Shown piece by piece: positions 28,281-37,885 of a DNA stretch of 64,000 nt; position 1 is the stretch's first letter, and every line of letters starts with the position of its first letter. The notes beneath the pieces are model-generated. The model saw only the letters and a list, made by a program, of their open reading frames with translations. It was not told the DNA's origin and did not search any database. This stretch comes from an uncultured archaeon (GTDB taxonomy: Archaea; Thermoproteota; Nitrososphaeria_A; Caldarchaeales; Wolframiiraptoraceae): assembly GCA_938083505.1 (NCBI GenBank), contig CALKCF010000006.1:38819-102818 (forward strand), given 5' to 3'. The position numbers were made by a program, and so were the translations under genes.

Positions 28281-29426
28281 ATGATTGAAAGAAGGGAATT
28301 TGGCTATTTCACCTTCGGGCAAAAGATCATGATAAGACACGTATCATTAAAGAGCCCGTCCGAACTGTTTGAGTTGATAAAAAAAGCAACACCTTTGCAT
28401 ATGTACTACTCGGCTGCCCACTACCGATACCCCCAAGCCCCAATGGAGGAAAAGGTGTGGTTGGGTGCAGAGCTTATATTTGACATAGATGCTGACCACC
28501 TGAACCTTCCGTGCAAAGAAAGACATGACTTTTCGATATGTGAAGACTGCAGAAGTATGCTATCACCTACATCAGAGCGGTGCAGTACTTGTGGTAGCAT
28601 AAAGGTTAGACGTACTGACTGGGTTTGTGAAAACTGTATAGAGGCAGCAAAAGGAGAAATTCATAAACTTTTGGAGTTCCTTGAGGTGGATTTCGGCATT
28701 TCATATTCGAAGATTTCGGTGAATTTTTCAGGAAATAGAGGTTTCCATACAGTAGTAAACGATGAGGGACTTTTTACACTCGACCAGATGTCAAGAAAGG
28801 AGATCACTGATTACATTCTCGGAAGTGGGCTTGACTTTGCACTTTATGGGATACCAATTGATAGAAGACGTTACCCCTCAGCAAAGTTCGAATATACGGA
28901 CGGTTCATGGAGAGGTAGGTTGGCAAGAGCCGCTTTTGAGGTCATTAAAGACCTCCATAAACCACGCATCGCTGATAGAATGGTAAAGCTGATTGGGAAT
29001 AAGGAATACAATAAACTATTGCAGATAAAAGACTCGTTGCTAAAGTCGTGGCTGGACTCCCCTAAGTGGGATGCTCTAAAACCCAGCGTCACAAAAGCGA
29101 TTGCGACATTGGCGATAGAGGAAGCGAGGGGCATGATAGACAGCATTGTTACGACGGACATTCATCGGCTTATAAGACTTACTAACACGCTGAACGGAAA
29201 GACCGGGTTTTTGGCAAAAAAGCTTGAACACGATACATTGGATCAATTCAATCCCTTTACGGATGCTGTCGTAATGCCTGACGAGCCGTGTAGGGTGCAC
29301 GTAATATACATGCCAAAAACCCGCATTCTTGACGAATGGTATGGACCTTATAAGAACGAGTATGTAAAAATACCAACCTACCTCGCTGTCTTACTACTCT
29401 GCAAAGGTATTGCGACCATCACATGA
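28281..29426 (+). CDS. priS: DNA primase small (catalytic) subunit PriS
   Basis: Catalytic motif AELIFDIDADH plus a zinc knuckle CEDC...CSTCGS. 381 aa. Confidence 0.8.
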   Translation: MIERREFGYFTFGQKIMIRHVSLKSPSELFELIKKATPLHMYYSAAHYRYPQAPMEEKVWLGAELIFDIDADHLNLPCKERHDFSICEDCRSMLSPTSERCSTCGSIKVRRTDWVCENCIEAAKGEIHKLLEFLEVDFGISYSKISVNFSGNRGFHTVVNDEGLFTLDQMSRKEITDYILGSGLDFALYGIPIDRRRYPSAKFEYTDGSWRGRLARAAFEVIKDLHKPRIADRMVKLIGNKEYNKLLQIKDSLLKSWLDSPKWDALKPSVTKAIATLAIEEARGMIDSIVTTDIHRLIRLTNTLNGKTGFLAKKLEHDTLDQFNPFTDAVVMPDEPCRVHVIYMPKTRILDEWYGPYKNEYVKIPTYLAVLLLCKGIATIT

Positions 29427-29466
29427 TAAGGTAACAGTTTAAGAGTTAGGATTTCATAACGTTGAT

Positions 29467-30036
29467 GTGATGTCGGAAGGGACTGTAGAAGATTTTTACG
29501 AGGAGCTTATGAGTGTATGGCTTAAAGAGAGGATGCAGGAAAATCTTGCGCCTATGCCGCAAGATTTTGAGACCAAATTGTACGCCTATGCATCTTCGGT
29601 GAGACAACAACTGAAAGTGTCCGACAAAAAGGCGGTATCAACATTAATCAAGTACGCAGAGTTAGATGTTGTTAAAAAATTATTATATTCACTTTTTGAA
29701 ATAAGGTTTAGAAAAATTATTCGTGCTATAATCAAAGGTGCCCAGCTTAATAACCTTCTAAAGGTGGAGAAGAGGTTCGTCGAGGAACTTTCTAAGTTAA
29801 TTTACGAGTATAAAGGGCGGATAAATTCTATCGCATACGAGCTCAGGATTCCAAAACTTGTAGAAAGGCCAGCAAAGTATAAAGTTGTTTGCTTTATGCA
29901 GACATTTCCAAAGATTGTATGCGAAGACCTGAAGCACTATGGACCGTTTAGACAATACGATATTGCCGCTTTACCACTAGAAAGTGCCAAGCTGCTTGTA
30001 GCAAAACAAGCAGTAAGGCTTTTAGAGTTGACTTAG
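29467..30036 (+). CDS. Putative GINS complex subunit Gins15 (Gins51)
   Basis: About 190 aa, alpha-helical. Immediately downstream of priS; Sulfolobus gins15 is linked to priS in the same way. Confidence 0.5.
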   Translation: MMSEGTVEDFYEELMSVWLKERMQENLAPMPQDFETKLYAYASSVRQQLKVSDKKAVSTLIKYAELDVVKKLLYSLFEIRFRKIIRAIIKGAQLNNLLKVEKRFVEELSKLIYEYKGRINSIAYELRIPKLVERPAKYKVVCFMQTFPKIVCEDLKHYGPFRQYDIAALPLESAKLLVAKQAVRLLELT

Positions 30037-31232
30037 GAATGTGTCACCGTCCAAGTGAACAATTCGTCGCCATGATAGGATAGCAACATACAACCTATAA
30101 TGAGCTTCTTAGGGACTGCATCGACCTTCGTATAAATTTTAACAACATTCCTTTTGCTATCTATATCGCTTAAAAGCCCTATACCCAAGCAACGCCCGTC
30201 AGCATCAAATAAGTATGACAGAATACCTATCTTATTTTTTAAAAGCGATTCTGTGTTTAACAGTTGCGTATTTGTAGTCTCCGTATTGTAAACATCTATC
30301 AGAGATTTTACATGTTGTAAAGGATTGACCGTTACGTTATATGCTTCCGTGGGTATCGTTGAAAGCTTAAGCCAAGAAAGCGGCATGGTCTTTATGGAAC
30401 CATCCTTTAAGTATCTCCTGAATGAGCTTTCTCTAAGCCTTTTGCGTGCGCCATGGTCCCGCCTGTACACATACCCCGATTTGTCCACAACGGCGCATTC
30501 TATACCAACTTCCCTACAATAGCTCTCAACCTTTTCCTGCGATTTATCGAGGAATACTACAAGAGAGGGGTTAATAACGTTGAGAAGGTTAACCTTATGT
30601 TCCTCTGCGTCCTTGCCCTCTATCCAACCATCACAATCGATAACTGTATAACATTCTTCGTTAAATGTGTAATTGATGAGTTCGCCAGTTTTTTTGATGT
30701 GATATTCCTTCGCAAATGAAGGTGATGTGAAACCAATAGGTATCATAAAGTCCGCCTTAAGTTGGTAAATGTCTGGGACTTGTTTTGTTATTAAAACAGA
30801 CCCCACAGTAGTGGGTGGACATATATTCGATTGACCTAAGTCTAAGTCTATCAAGCACACTTTTTTATACTCGCTCAATAACGAGTTTGTGATGAAAGTA
30901 GTTAAGGATGTCTTCCCTGAATCTGTTCCCCCCATTATTATAATCTTCTTATGATTCTTAACAGTTTGAGATGCCAATGTTTTCCAATCCTCCGGTATGG
31001 TGTCTTGGTCCACTATCTCAACCGATGAGTCCTCTCCTAAGCTCAGCTCGACCTCCATACCTACATCTGTAAATATTGGTAGCGCTCTTGAGTCCCTTAC
31101 GAAGAGTGGTTTTTTTTGGGTTAATGTATACCCGAAGACCCTTCCAGAGCCCGATAGTAGCTTCACAGATGCTGGACCTTTAACAATCAGGGTCTTGCCG
31201 GCCCCTACGTTCATAAAGCCCTTACCTCCCAC
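30033..31232 (-). CDS. Clp1/Grc3-family polynucleotide 5'-hydroxyl-kinase homolog
   Basis: N-terminal beta-domain (LIVKGPASVKLLSGSGRVFGYTL). P-loop IIIMGGTDSGKTS and downstream IDLDLGQS, as in Clp1. Confidence 0.65.
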   Translation of the reverse strand: MGGKGFMNVGAGKTLIVKGPASVKLLSGSGRVFGYTLTQKKPLFVRDSRALPIFTDVGMEVELSLGEDSSVEIVDQDTIPEDWKTLASQTVKNHKKIIIMGGTDSGKTSLTTFITNSLLSEYKKVCLIDLDLGQSNICPPTTVGSVLITKQVPDIYQLKADFMIPIGFTSPSFAKEYHIKKTGELINYTFNEECYTVIDCDGWIEGKDAEEHKVNLLNVINPSLVVFLDKSQEKVESYCREVGIECAVVDKSGYVYRRDHGARKRLRESSFRRYLKDGSIKTMPLSWLKLSTIPTEAYNVTVNPLQHVKSLIDVYNTETTNTQLLNTESLLKNKIGILSYLFDADGRCLGIGLLSDIDSKRNVVKIYTKVDAVPKKLIIGCMLLSYHGDELFTWTVTHS

Positions 31233-31869
31233 ACAATATTAACTTTCCTCTAGTTTTAACGAAGAACATGAAGGCTGCGCTTTCATCAGATGGACGTGCA
31301 GAGATAAAAACGTTCCTTCGGTTAGAGCTATCTTCTGATACGAGTATCGTCTCAACTTGGCCGGCTCCCAGAAACCTTTCGTGAATGTCTTTTTCAAGAG
31401 CATAAGAAAGGTCACCCGCTCCCTTTCCGATTACTATATACTTTCTACAGGTTTTGTGTATATTAAAGAACTCGTCGATATCATCAAAAAGGTAGCGTTT
31501 GTCAGAATATGTCGAAGTTCTGAGTAATATATCCTCAACAAAGAAGGCGCAACCAGTCCTTTTTTCGCCAGGATCTATAGAGACCGTTACGAATTTTGGA
31601 CAATCTTTCCCAAAAGTTATTTCGTACGCCCTATCTATGAGGTTTTTATACGAAGGGAAGTCTTCAACAAATAGAACAGGTACGGGAAGTTTGGAATTGT
31701 CTTTTTTACTGGTTATAATCACCTTTGCGCTGAAGGGCAGCTCGGCAAGGCTACTAACAGATAAAACTTCTATACCCCTCCTCCGACCCTCAGATATTAT
31801 ATTATGAGCCGCTTTAAAGTCGGATAGAAAGAGACCGATAATTGCCCTATGTTTCCATCCCTTTTTCAA
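31222..31869 (-). CDS. Hypothetical protein with RNase-H-like (RuvC/YqgF-like) motifs
   Basis: VSIDPGEKRTGCAF resembles the first catalytic strand of YqgF/RuvC. Later acidic residues (VSEDSS). Overlaps the clp1-like gene by 11 nt, so they are operonic. Confidence 0.35.
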   Translation of the reverse strand: MKKGWKHRAIIGLFLSDFKAAHNIISEGRRRGIEVLSVSSLAELPFSAKVIITSKKDNSKLPVPVLFVEDFPSYKNLIDRAYEITFGKDCPKFVTVSIDPGEKRTGCAFFVEDILLRTSTYSDKRYLFDDIDEFFNIHKTCRKYIVIGKGAGDLSYALEKDIHERFLGAGQVETILVSEDSSNRRNVFISARPSDESAAFMFFVKTRGKLILCGR

Positions 31870-31984
31870 TTCACAGAAACATCTACTGACATGTATTTAG
31901 TCTTTGGTTAAAATTTAAACGTAAATTAACTCAAGTATCCTATTTCTACATCGATTGAAAATAAGGGTTTTATAGAAAAAAGTA

Positions 31985-32263
31985 GTGAAGCATTATAGAT
32001 GGGCGTTGGGAAGGAAGAGGAGAAAGATAATACGGAAGACTGTTAGACCGCCACCCTCGATCTTCATCTGTCCATTATGCAACCATGAAGCTGTATCTGT
32101 AGTACATGAAAAAGATTCAGACGTTGCTAGAGTAACCTGTGGATTCTGTAAAGTATCCAGAGAGGTGTCCTGGTATCCATCCTATACTCCAGTGGACGCT
32201 TATGCTGCATGGTATGATATCGTTACTAAAGAGGTTGGAAAGATTGAAACCGGGCAGAGTTGA
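31985..32263 (+). CDS. elf1: Transcription elongation factor Elf1 homolog (zinc ribbon)
   Basis: FICPLCNHEAVSV...VTCGFCKV is the four-Cys Elf1 zinc ribbon. Basic N-terminus. Confidence 0.7.
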   Translation: MKHYRWALGRKRRKIIRKTVRPPPSIFICPLCNHEAVSVVHEKDSDVARVTCGFCKVSREVSWYPSYTPVDAYAAWYDIVTKEVGKIETGQS

Positions 32264-33029
32264 GCGTTACATACTCGATGAGATAGAGAAAAATGGTTGC
32301 ATTCATATGACGCTGCTCGACCCAGATAACTTTTATCCGGAAGAGATGGCAAAATGCGCAAGGATGTGCGAAGAGCAGGGCACGGGTGCCATAATGATTG
32401 GTGGTTCCATACTTCAATCGCAAACAGCTCTGGACGAATGTGTTAAGATTGTGAAAGAAAATGTCGCAATACCCATAATACTTTTTCCCAATAACATCAA
32501 CGCGATAAGCAGGCATGCTGATGCTATATGGTTTATGTCACTGTTAAATTCGACTGACTGGTATTACATCGTTGGTGCACAAATGCAAGGATCGTTCATA
32601 ATTAAGAGGTACGGTCTCGAGCCCCTACCAATGGGTTATTTAGTTTTCGGTTCGGATACAGCGGTCTCGGCTATAGGAAGGGTGCTTCCACTTCCACCTA
32701 ATAAAGGGGAAGTTGCTGCCGGATATGCTCTAGCCGCTCAGTACCTTGGAATGAGGTTTATATACCTTGAGGCTGGCTCCGGCGCGCAAAACCCTATACC
32801 ACCAGATACTGTAAGAGCTGTTAGGGATGCTGTTGAGATAACGATCGTAGTCGGTGGTGGAATTACCTCTTCCAAAGATTCTTATATGGTGAGTAAAGCG
32901 GGCGCTGACATAATAGTTACGGGAAATATCGTTGAAAGAAGCAAAAACGCTGAATTGTTATCGAGGATAATCAGAGCTGCAAAGGAAGGCGCGGCCTCAA
33001 GACAATGGCCAAAGAAGACGCTACTCTAA
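32202..33029 (+). CDS. Geranylgeranylglyceryl phosphate synthase (PcrB/GGGPS family)
   Basis: HMTLLDPD, IMIGGS and IVVGGGI motifs typical of GGGPS TIM barrels. The ORF track's frame is open from 32139. Start chosen at the internal Met that leaves a short overlap with elf1. Confidence 0.8.
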   Translation: MLHGMISLLKRLERLKPGRVERYILDEIEKNGCIHMTLLDPDNFYPEEMAKCARMCEEQGTGAIMIGGSILQSQTALDECVKIVKENVAIPIILFPNNINAISRHADAIWFMSLLNSTDWYYIVGAQMQGSFIIKRYGLEPLPMGYLVFGSDTAVSAIGRVLPLPPNKGEVAAGYALAAQYLGMRFIYLEAGSGAQNPIPPDTVRAVRDAVEITIVVGGGITSSKDSYMVSKAGADIIVTGNIVERSKNAELLSRIIRAAKEGAASRQWPKKTLL

Positions 33030-33100
33030 TACAGTGACTTAATGAAGACCAATACCTTTTGAAATAAATATAATTAGCCTTAACTGGAGAAACTCTTGGT

Positions 33101-36100
33101 TTGTATGGGATACCACCTGAGTTCGCTGAATACTATGCCCGGATTGTGGAAAAGGTCAAAGAAGAACACAGGATAGCATCCGAAGCCAGGAAAAAGTTGG
33201 GCACAATTATTGACGAGGTCGAGACGATAATCGCTGAAGACATGGCTGAGAGGGTAGAGTTACTTGTTGGTCCTGAAGGTATAGCTGAGAAGATAAGATC
33301 TTTAAAAAAGAAACTTTCAAGAGAACGTCTAGCATTTAAGCTTGCAGAGGATATCATATACACTTCGATAGGAAAGCTGAAAGAAGAGGTTGCTATTAAG
33401 CAGGCGCTCTGCACCGCGCTCGCAGTCATGACACCGCCATGCATAACTGCTGCGCCGAGTGAAGGTATTGCAGATGTGAAGATTAAAAAGAATCCAGACG
33501 GGACAAATTATCTGGCAGTTTACTTTGCAGGTCCTATAAGGGCTGCTGGCGGAACTGAGCTAACAGCAACCGTCATATTGGCGGACTATATCAGAAGGTT
33601 GCTGAATTTGGACAGATATAAACCTACGGAGGAGGAGATCAAACGGTTCAAAGAAGAGCTTAGGACTTATGTACGTATGGTTAGCAGATTTCAGTATAAC
33701 GTTCCGGATCACTTGATAGAAAAAGCATTAAGAAACATACCCGTGGAGGTTACGGGCGTTCCTACGGACAACATTTTGGCACCATCTTATAGAAACCTAC
33801 CTAGAGTTGAGACAAACTACTTAAGAGGTGGTGCCCTGAGGGTCATAAACGACGGTATAATCGGAAGGGCAAGAAAAGCGCTTAAGCTTGTCGAGATGCT
33901 CAGTTTATCCGGATGGGAATGGTTACGTGAGGTTGCTGAGGAGTTCAGCAGAATGCACTCTGCTAGCTCAGCCGAAGAGAGCTATCTAAACGAGGTCATA
34001 GGAGGTAGACCCGTGTTTTCCTTGCCAGATGCATTTGGCGGATTCAGGTTGAGATATGGCCGTTCTTATAACACAGGCATGGCAGCCGTCGGCGTACATC
34101 CTATGACCATGAAAGTACTTGAAGGTTACATAGCAACGGGCACACAGTTAAAGCTCGATTATCCCGGAAAGGGCGGTGTCGCGATGCCAGTAGACACCAT
34201 TGAGCCGCCAAGGGTGCTACTAGACGACGGGTCTGTTGTAAAGGTTGATAACGACTTAACTTATGCCGAAATAAAGAACAAGATTGTAAAGATTCTTTTC
34301 CTTGGCGATATTCTAATATCATTTGGGGATTGTGTAGAGAATAATGTTGAACTTAGACCAGTCGGTTATTGTGAAGAGTGGTGGGCACTGGATTTAAAAA
34401 AAGAAGTAACGAGAGCTGGTGAAATTGAAAAAGTCGCGAAAATGCTGAACATAGACTCCGAGCGTCTCAGATTCTTAGTAGAGAAACCCCTTCTCATCAA
34501 ACCAACGGATAGGGAAGCTTTAAAGTTGAGCTTCAAACTAAAAGTTCCGCTTCATCCAACTTACTGTTGGTTTTGGGAAAACATCAGTGTGAATGAATTA
34601 AAGATGTTAAAAGACTGGTTAGAGAAATCTAGGACGCGATGCAAAATTTATAATGGAAAGGTTTGGCTACCGTTTGATGAAACGATACACAACATCTTGA
34701 TCAAAATGGTACTCGAGCATCGGATCGACGGAAAGTATGTGGTTCTCGACATATCGAGCTATAGGGTGCTTTTAGCACTTCTGGCACAACCGAGAAATGT
34801 GCTGAATTCCGTAAACGATACTCTGGAGGCAATATTTGTAATTTCAGGCATAACTCTAAGAAGAAAAGGCGAAACTTTCCTAGGCACGAGGATGGGCAGG
34901 CCGGAAAAGGCGGGAATGAGAGTAATGAAACCACCCGTGCACGTGCTATTCCCAGTAAGTCTTAAAGGAGGTGCGTCAAGAGATTTAATGAATGTCGTTA
35001 AATCTGGAGAAAGAGTGCTCGTAGAATTAGCCCGACTTGAATGTCCAAAATGCGGCTCCATAAGTTGGAAATCCGTTTGTGAAAACTGCGGCGCAAAAAG
35101 AAGACCAGTAGGTATATGCACAAAATGCTCGTTAAAAAATTATAACATTGAGATTAAAAATTGTGAAAGATGCGATGGCAAGATTTCTTATACAGATAAG
35201 TTTTCTCTGGACATTAGGACAGAATTTTTGCAAGAATGTAAACGTTTATTCACTGAAATGCCTGAAAAGATTAAAGGGGTTCGTGCACTCACAAGCAGAA
35301 TCAAAATTCCGGAGGATATTGCGAAAGGAATTCTTAGGAGCAAATACGGCCTGTCTGTTTACAAAGATGGGACCGTCAGGTTTGACGTGACGAACGCACC
35401 ACTTACACATTTTACACCATGTCAAATCTCAACAGATGTTAGCGTTCTAAGAAGTTTAGGCTATACCCATGATGTTGAGGGTAAGCCATTAACGAGCATG
35501 GACCAGATATGTGAGCTGAAACCCCAAGATTTAATAATACCTAGAAAAGCTGCTGAGCACCTCATTAAGGTCTCTAAGTTCGTAGATGAGGTTTTGGAAA
35601 AGCTCGCTGGTATGCAACCTTACTATATGTGTAATAAACCTGAGGACTTGATCGGTAAGCTAGTTGCATCGCTTTCCCCACATACTTATGTAGCAACTGT
35701 AGGGAGGATTATCGGTTTCATTGACGCTGACGTATGTTTTGCGCACCCCCTCTTTCATGCATCGAAAAGGCGTGATTGTGATGGTGATGAGGATAGCCTA
35801 ATGCTTTTGCTTGATGTTTTTATAAACTTCTCTAGGATGTACTTGCCTGACAGAATTGGTGGAAAGATGGATGCCCCCTTACTAATAACACCAATAGTCT
35901 ATCCAGATGAGGTTGATGAACAGGCTCATAATTTGGATATCGCCTACGCATATCCGTTAGTGTTGTATGAGGCAGCAGAAAAGATGGAACCATCTGCCAA
36001 ATTATCAAACGTTATCGCAACAATAAAATTGAGACTTGGATCTGCTGAACAGTACGGTGGATTTGGGGTTACGCATATAACACATAATCTCATTGCTAAT

Positions 36101-36547
36101 GTGAGTTCTGCTTATAAGCAGAACAGATCAATGTTCGAAAAGGTCGTGGATCAAATAAGGTTAACGGAGATGTTATCTTCTGTCAATATAGAAAAAGTTG
36201 TCGAGAATATCGTATCGTCGCACATACTTCCGGACGTTGCTGGTAACATGAAAGCATTTTTTGTTCAAAGTTTCAGATGTAAAAAGTGTAATGCTAGGTT
36301 CAGACGGCTTCCGCTAAATGGGCAATGTAATAAATGTGGCTCTAATTTAATACAAACAGTTTTCCGCGGAGCTATCGAGAAGTATGTTGAATTGTTAGAA
36401 TATACAGTATCTAAGTACATACATACTCCATATCTTAAGGAGAGGGTAAGTATAGTAATAGAGAATATTCGAAGTACATTCATATCTCAAGGCGAAACGT
36501 CGTTGAACACGAAGCAAGTTTCACTAGAGAACTTTATTGGAAGTTGA
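33101..36547 (+). CDS. polC: DNA polymerase II (PolD) large catalytic subunit DP2
   Basis: 1148 aa. Conserved DP2 N-terminus (YYARIVEKVKEEH...AEDMAERVELLVGPEGIAEKI) and C-terminal Zn fingers (CPKCGS...CENCG; CKKCNARFRRLPLNGQCNKCG). No intein insertion. Confidence 0.9.
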   Translation: MYGIPPEFAEYYARIVEKVKEEHRIASEARKKLGTIIDEVETIIAEDMAERVELLVGPEGIAEKIRSLKKKLSRERLAFKLAEDIIYTSIGKLKEEVAIKQALCTALAVMTPPCITAAPSEGIADVKIKKNPDGTNYLAVYFAGPIRAAGGTELTATVILADYIRRLLNLDRYKPTEEEIKRFKEELRTYVRMVSRFQYNVPDHLIEKALRNIPVEVTGVPTDNILAPSYRNLPRVETNYLRGGALRVINDGIIGRARKALKLVEMLSLSGWEWLREVAEEFSRMHSASSAEESYLNEVIGGRPVFSLPDAFGGFRLRYGRSYNTGMAAVGVHPMTMKVLEGYIATGTQLKLDYPGKGGVAMPVDTIEPPRVLLDDGSVVKVDNDLTYAEIKNKIVKILFLGDILISFGDCVENNVELRPVGYCEEWWALDLKKEVTRAGEIEKVAKMLNIDSERLRFLVEKPLLIKPTDREALKLSFKLKVPLHPTYCWFWENISVNELKMLKDWLEKSRTRCKIYNGKVWLPFDETIHNILIKMVLEHRIDGKYVVLDISSYRVLLALLAQPRNVLNSVNDTLEAIFVISGITLRRKGETFLGTRMGRPEKAGMRVMKPPVHVLFPVSLKGGASRDLMNVVKSGERVLVELARLECPKCGSISWKSVCENCGAKRRPVGICTKCSLKNYNIEIKNCERCDGKISYTDKFSLDIRTEFLQECKRLFTEMPEKIKGVRALTSRIKIPEDIAKGILRSKYGLSVYKDGTVRFDVTNAPLTHFTPCQISTDVSVLRSLGYTHDVEGKPLTSMDQICELKPQDLIIPRKAAEHLIKVSKFVDEVLEKLAGMQPYYMCNKPEDLIGKLVASLSPHTYVATVGRIIGFIDADVCFAHPLFHASKRRDCDGDEDSLMLLLDVFINFSRMYLPDRIGGKMDAPLLITPIVYPDEVDEQAHNLDIAYAYPLVLYEAAEKMEPSAKLSNVIATIKLRLGSAEQYGGFGVTHITHNLIANVSSAYKQNRSMFEKVVDQIRLTEMLSSVNIEKVVENIVSSHILPDVAGNMKAFFVQSFRCKKCNARFRRLPLNGQCNKCGSNLIQTVFRGAIEKYVELLEYTVSKYIHTPYLKERVSIVIENIRSTFISQGETSLNTKQVSLENFIGS

Positions 36548-36607
36548 ACCGAAGTAAAAACAACATTAACAGAAAAATTTAAAACTACACCATAGTTTAT
36601 CTTTAAC

Positions 36608-37885
36608 ATGTCGAGTGGATATAAATTTAAGTCAAAAAATTATGAGGAAGCTTTAAAAGAATCTCTTAATGCGTTCGAGCCTGCTGTATCGATAGAATAC
36701 ATACCGGTAACGGATGCTGTTGGACGTAGAGCAGCTGTAGATTTTAGGTCACGTTTTGATATGCCTCCTTACAACATGGCGTTTTATGATGGATATGCTG
36801 TCAGGTATGAAGATACTATCGGTGCAAGCGCTTCGAATCCAAAAAAGCTTAAGATTGTCGGGCAAGTTTTGAAGAGTGGTGATGAAATAGGCTTAGCTGT
36901 TACCGAAGGGACAGCAATCTATGTATCATCAAACTCACCTTTGCCGAGCGGCGCCAATGCTGTAGTAAGGGAGGAATACACTAGCAGGGAGGGAGATTTT
37001 GTTCTTGTGAAGAAAGAGGTGGAATTGTATGAAGATGTTGTTCTAAAAGGTGAAGATGTGAAAGCAGAAGAAGCATTGATAAAGAAGGGGGCCTTGCTTA
37101 GACCCCAGGATCTTGTGTTATTGATGGAAATGGGAATCTATAGAATTCCAGTCTATAAAGAACCAATTATCGCAATAGCATCTGTTGGTGATGAAATTCT
37201 AGAAAAGTTTGAGAAAGGTAATCCATACCCAGATGATTATTGTGTTTTCATTTCAATGCTCTTAAGACTTGTCGGTGTAAAAACTGTTTTGTTAGGCATA
37301 CTAAGAGACAACCTAGAAGAGATAACCAACACAGTAATCAGAAATGTCGAACGTTATGATGCCATCGCTCTAATGGGTGGTGGTTCGAGAGGTGTTAAAG
37401 ACCTTACCGGAGCCGCATTAAGTAGCGTCTGTGAAACCATATTCCATGCAACAACAATAAGTCCTGGTAAAATATCAGGTGTTTGGAAGGTAAAAGGAAA
37501 GCCAGCATTTCTTATTCCAGGCCATATAGGCTCTGCCATCGTATGTTTGTATAATTTTGTCATTCCAGTTATGTCAAAGATATACTATGATGGGGTACCA
37601 TTACTCAGCAAGGTTAATGCTAAGCTTGCCATAGATGTTGAGGCAAGACAAGGGTTGTATACAGTTAGGACCGTTAGCCTAAGCTCTAAAGCAGACGGTA
37701 CGCTTGTAGCTACACCACTTCTGAAAAGGCTTGGTGGCTCGGCGCTCCTTACCACACTCTCGAAGGCACACGGTTACATAATCATCCCGCCAGGAATGAA
37801 GCTTTCAGAGGGTAGTGTCGTCGAGGTAACACTCTTCAGTCCTTTCGAGTCGTTGGATTTTGTGAAAGAAAGCAAGAGTTATTGA
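36608..37885 (+). CDS. moeA: Molybdopterin molybdenumtransferase MoeA
   Basis: MoeA N-terminal, MoCF biosynthesis and C-terminal domains. 425 aa. Confidence 0.75.
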   Translation: MSSGYKFKSKNYEEALKESLNAFEPAVSIEYIPVTDAVGRRAAVDFRSRFDMPPYNMAFYDGYAVRYEDTIGASASNPKKLKIVGQVLKSGDEIGLAVTEGTAIYVSSNSPLPSGANAVVREEYTSREGDFVLVKKEVELYEDVVLKGEDVKAEEALIKKGALLRPQDLVLLMEMGIYRIPVYKEPIIAIASVGDEILEKFEKGNPYPDDYCVFISMLLRLVGVKTVLLGILRDNLEEITNTVIRNVERYDAIALMGGGSRGVKDLTGAALSSVCETIFHATTISPGKISGVWKVKGKPAFLIPGHIGSAIVCLYNFVIPVMSKIYYDGVPLLSKVNAKLAIDVEARQGLYTVRTVSLSSKADGTLVATPLLKRLGGSALLTTLSKAHGYIIIPPGMKLSEGSVVEVTLFSPFESLDFVKESKSY

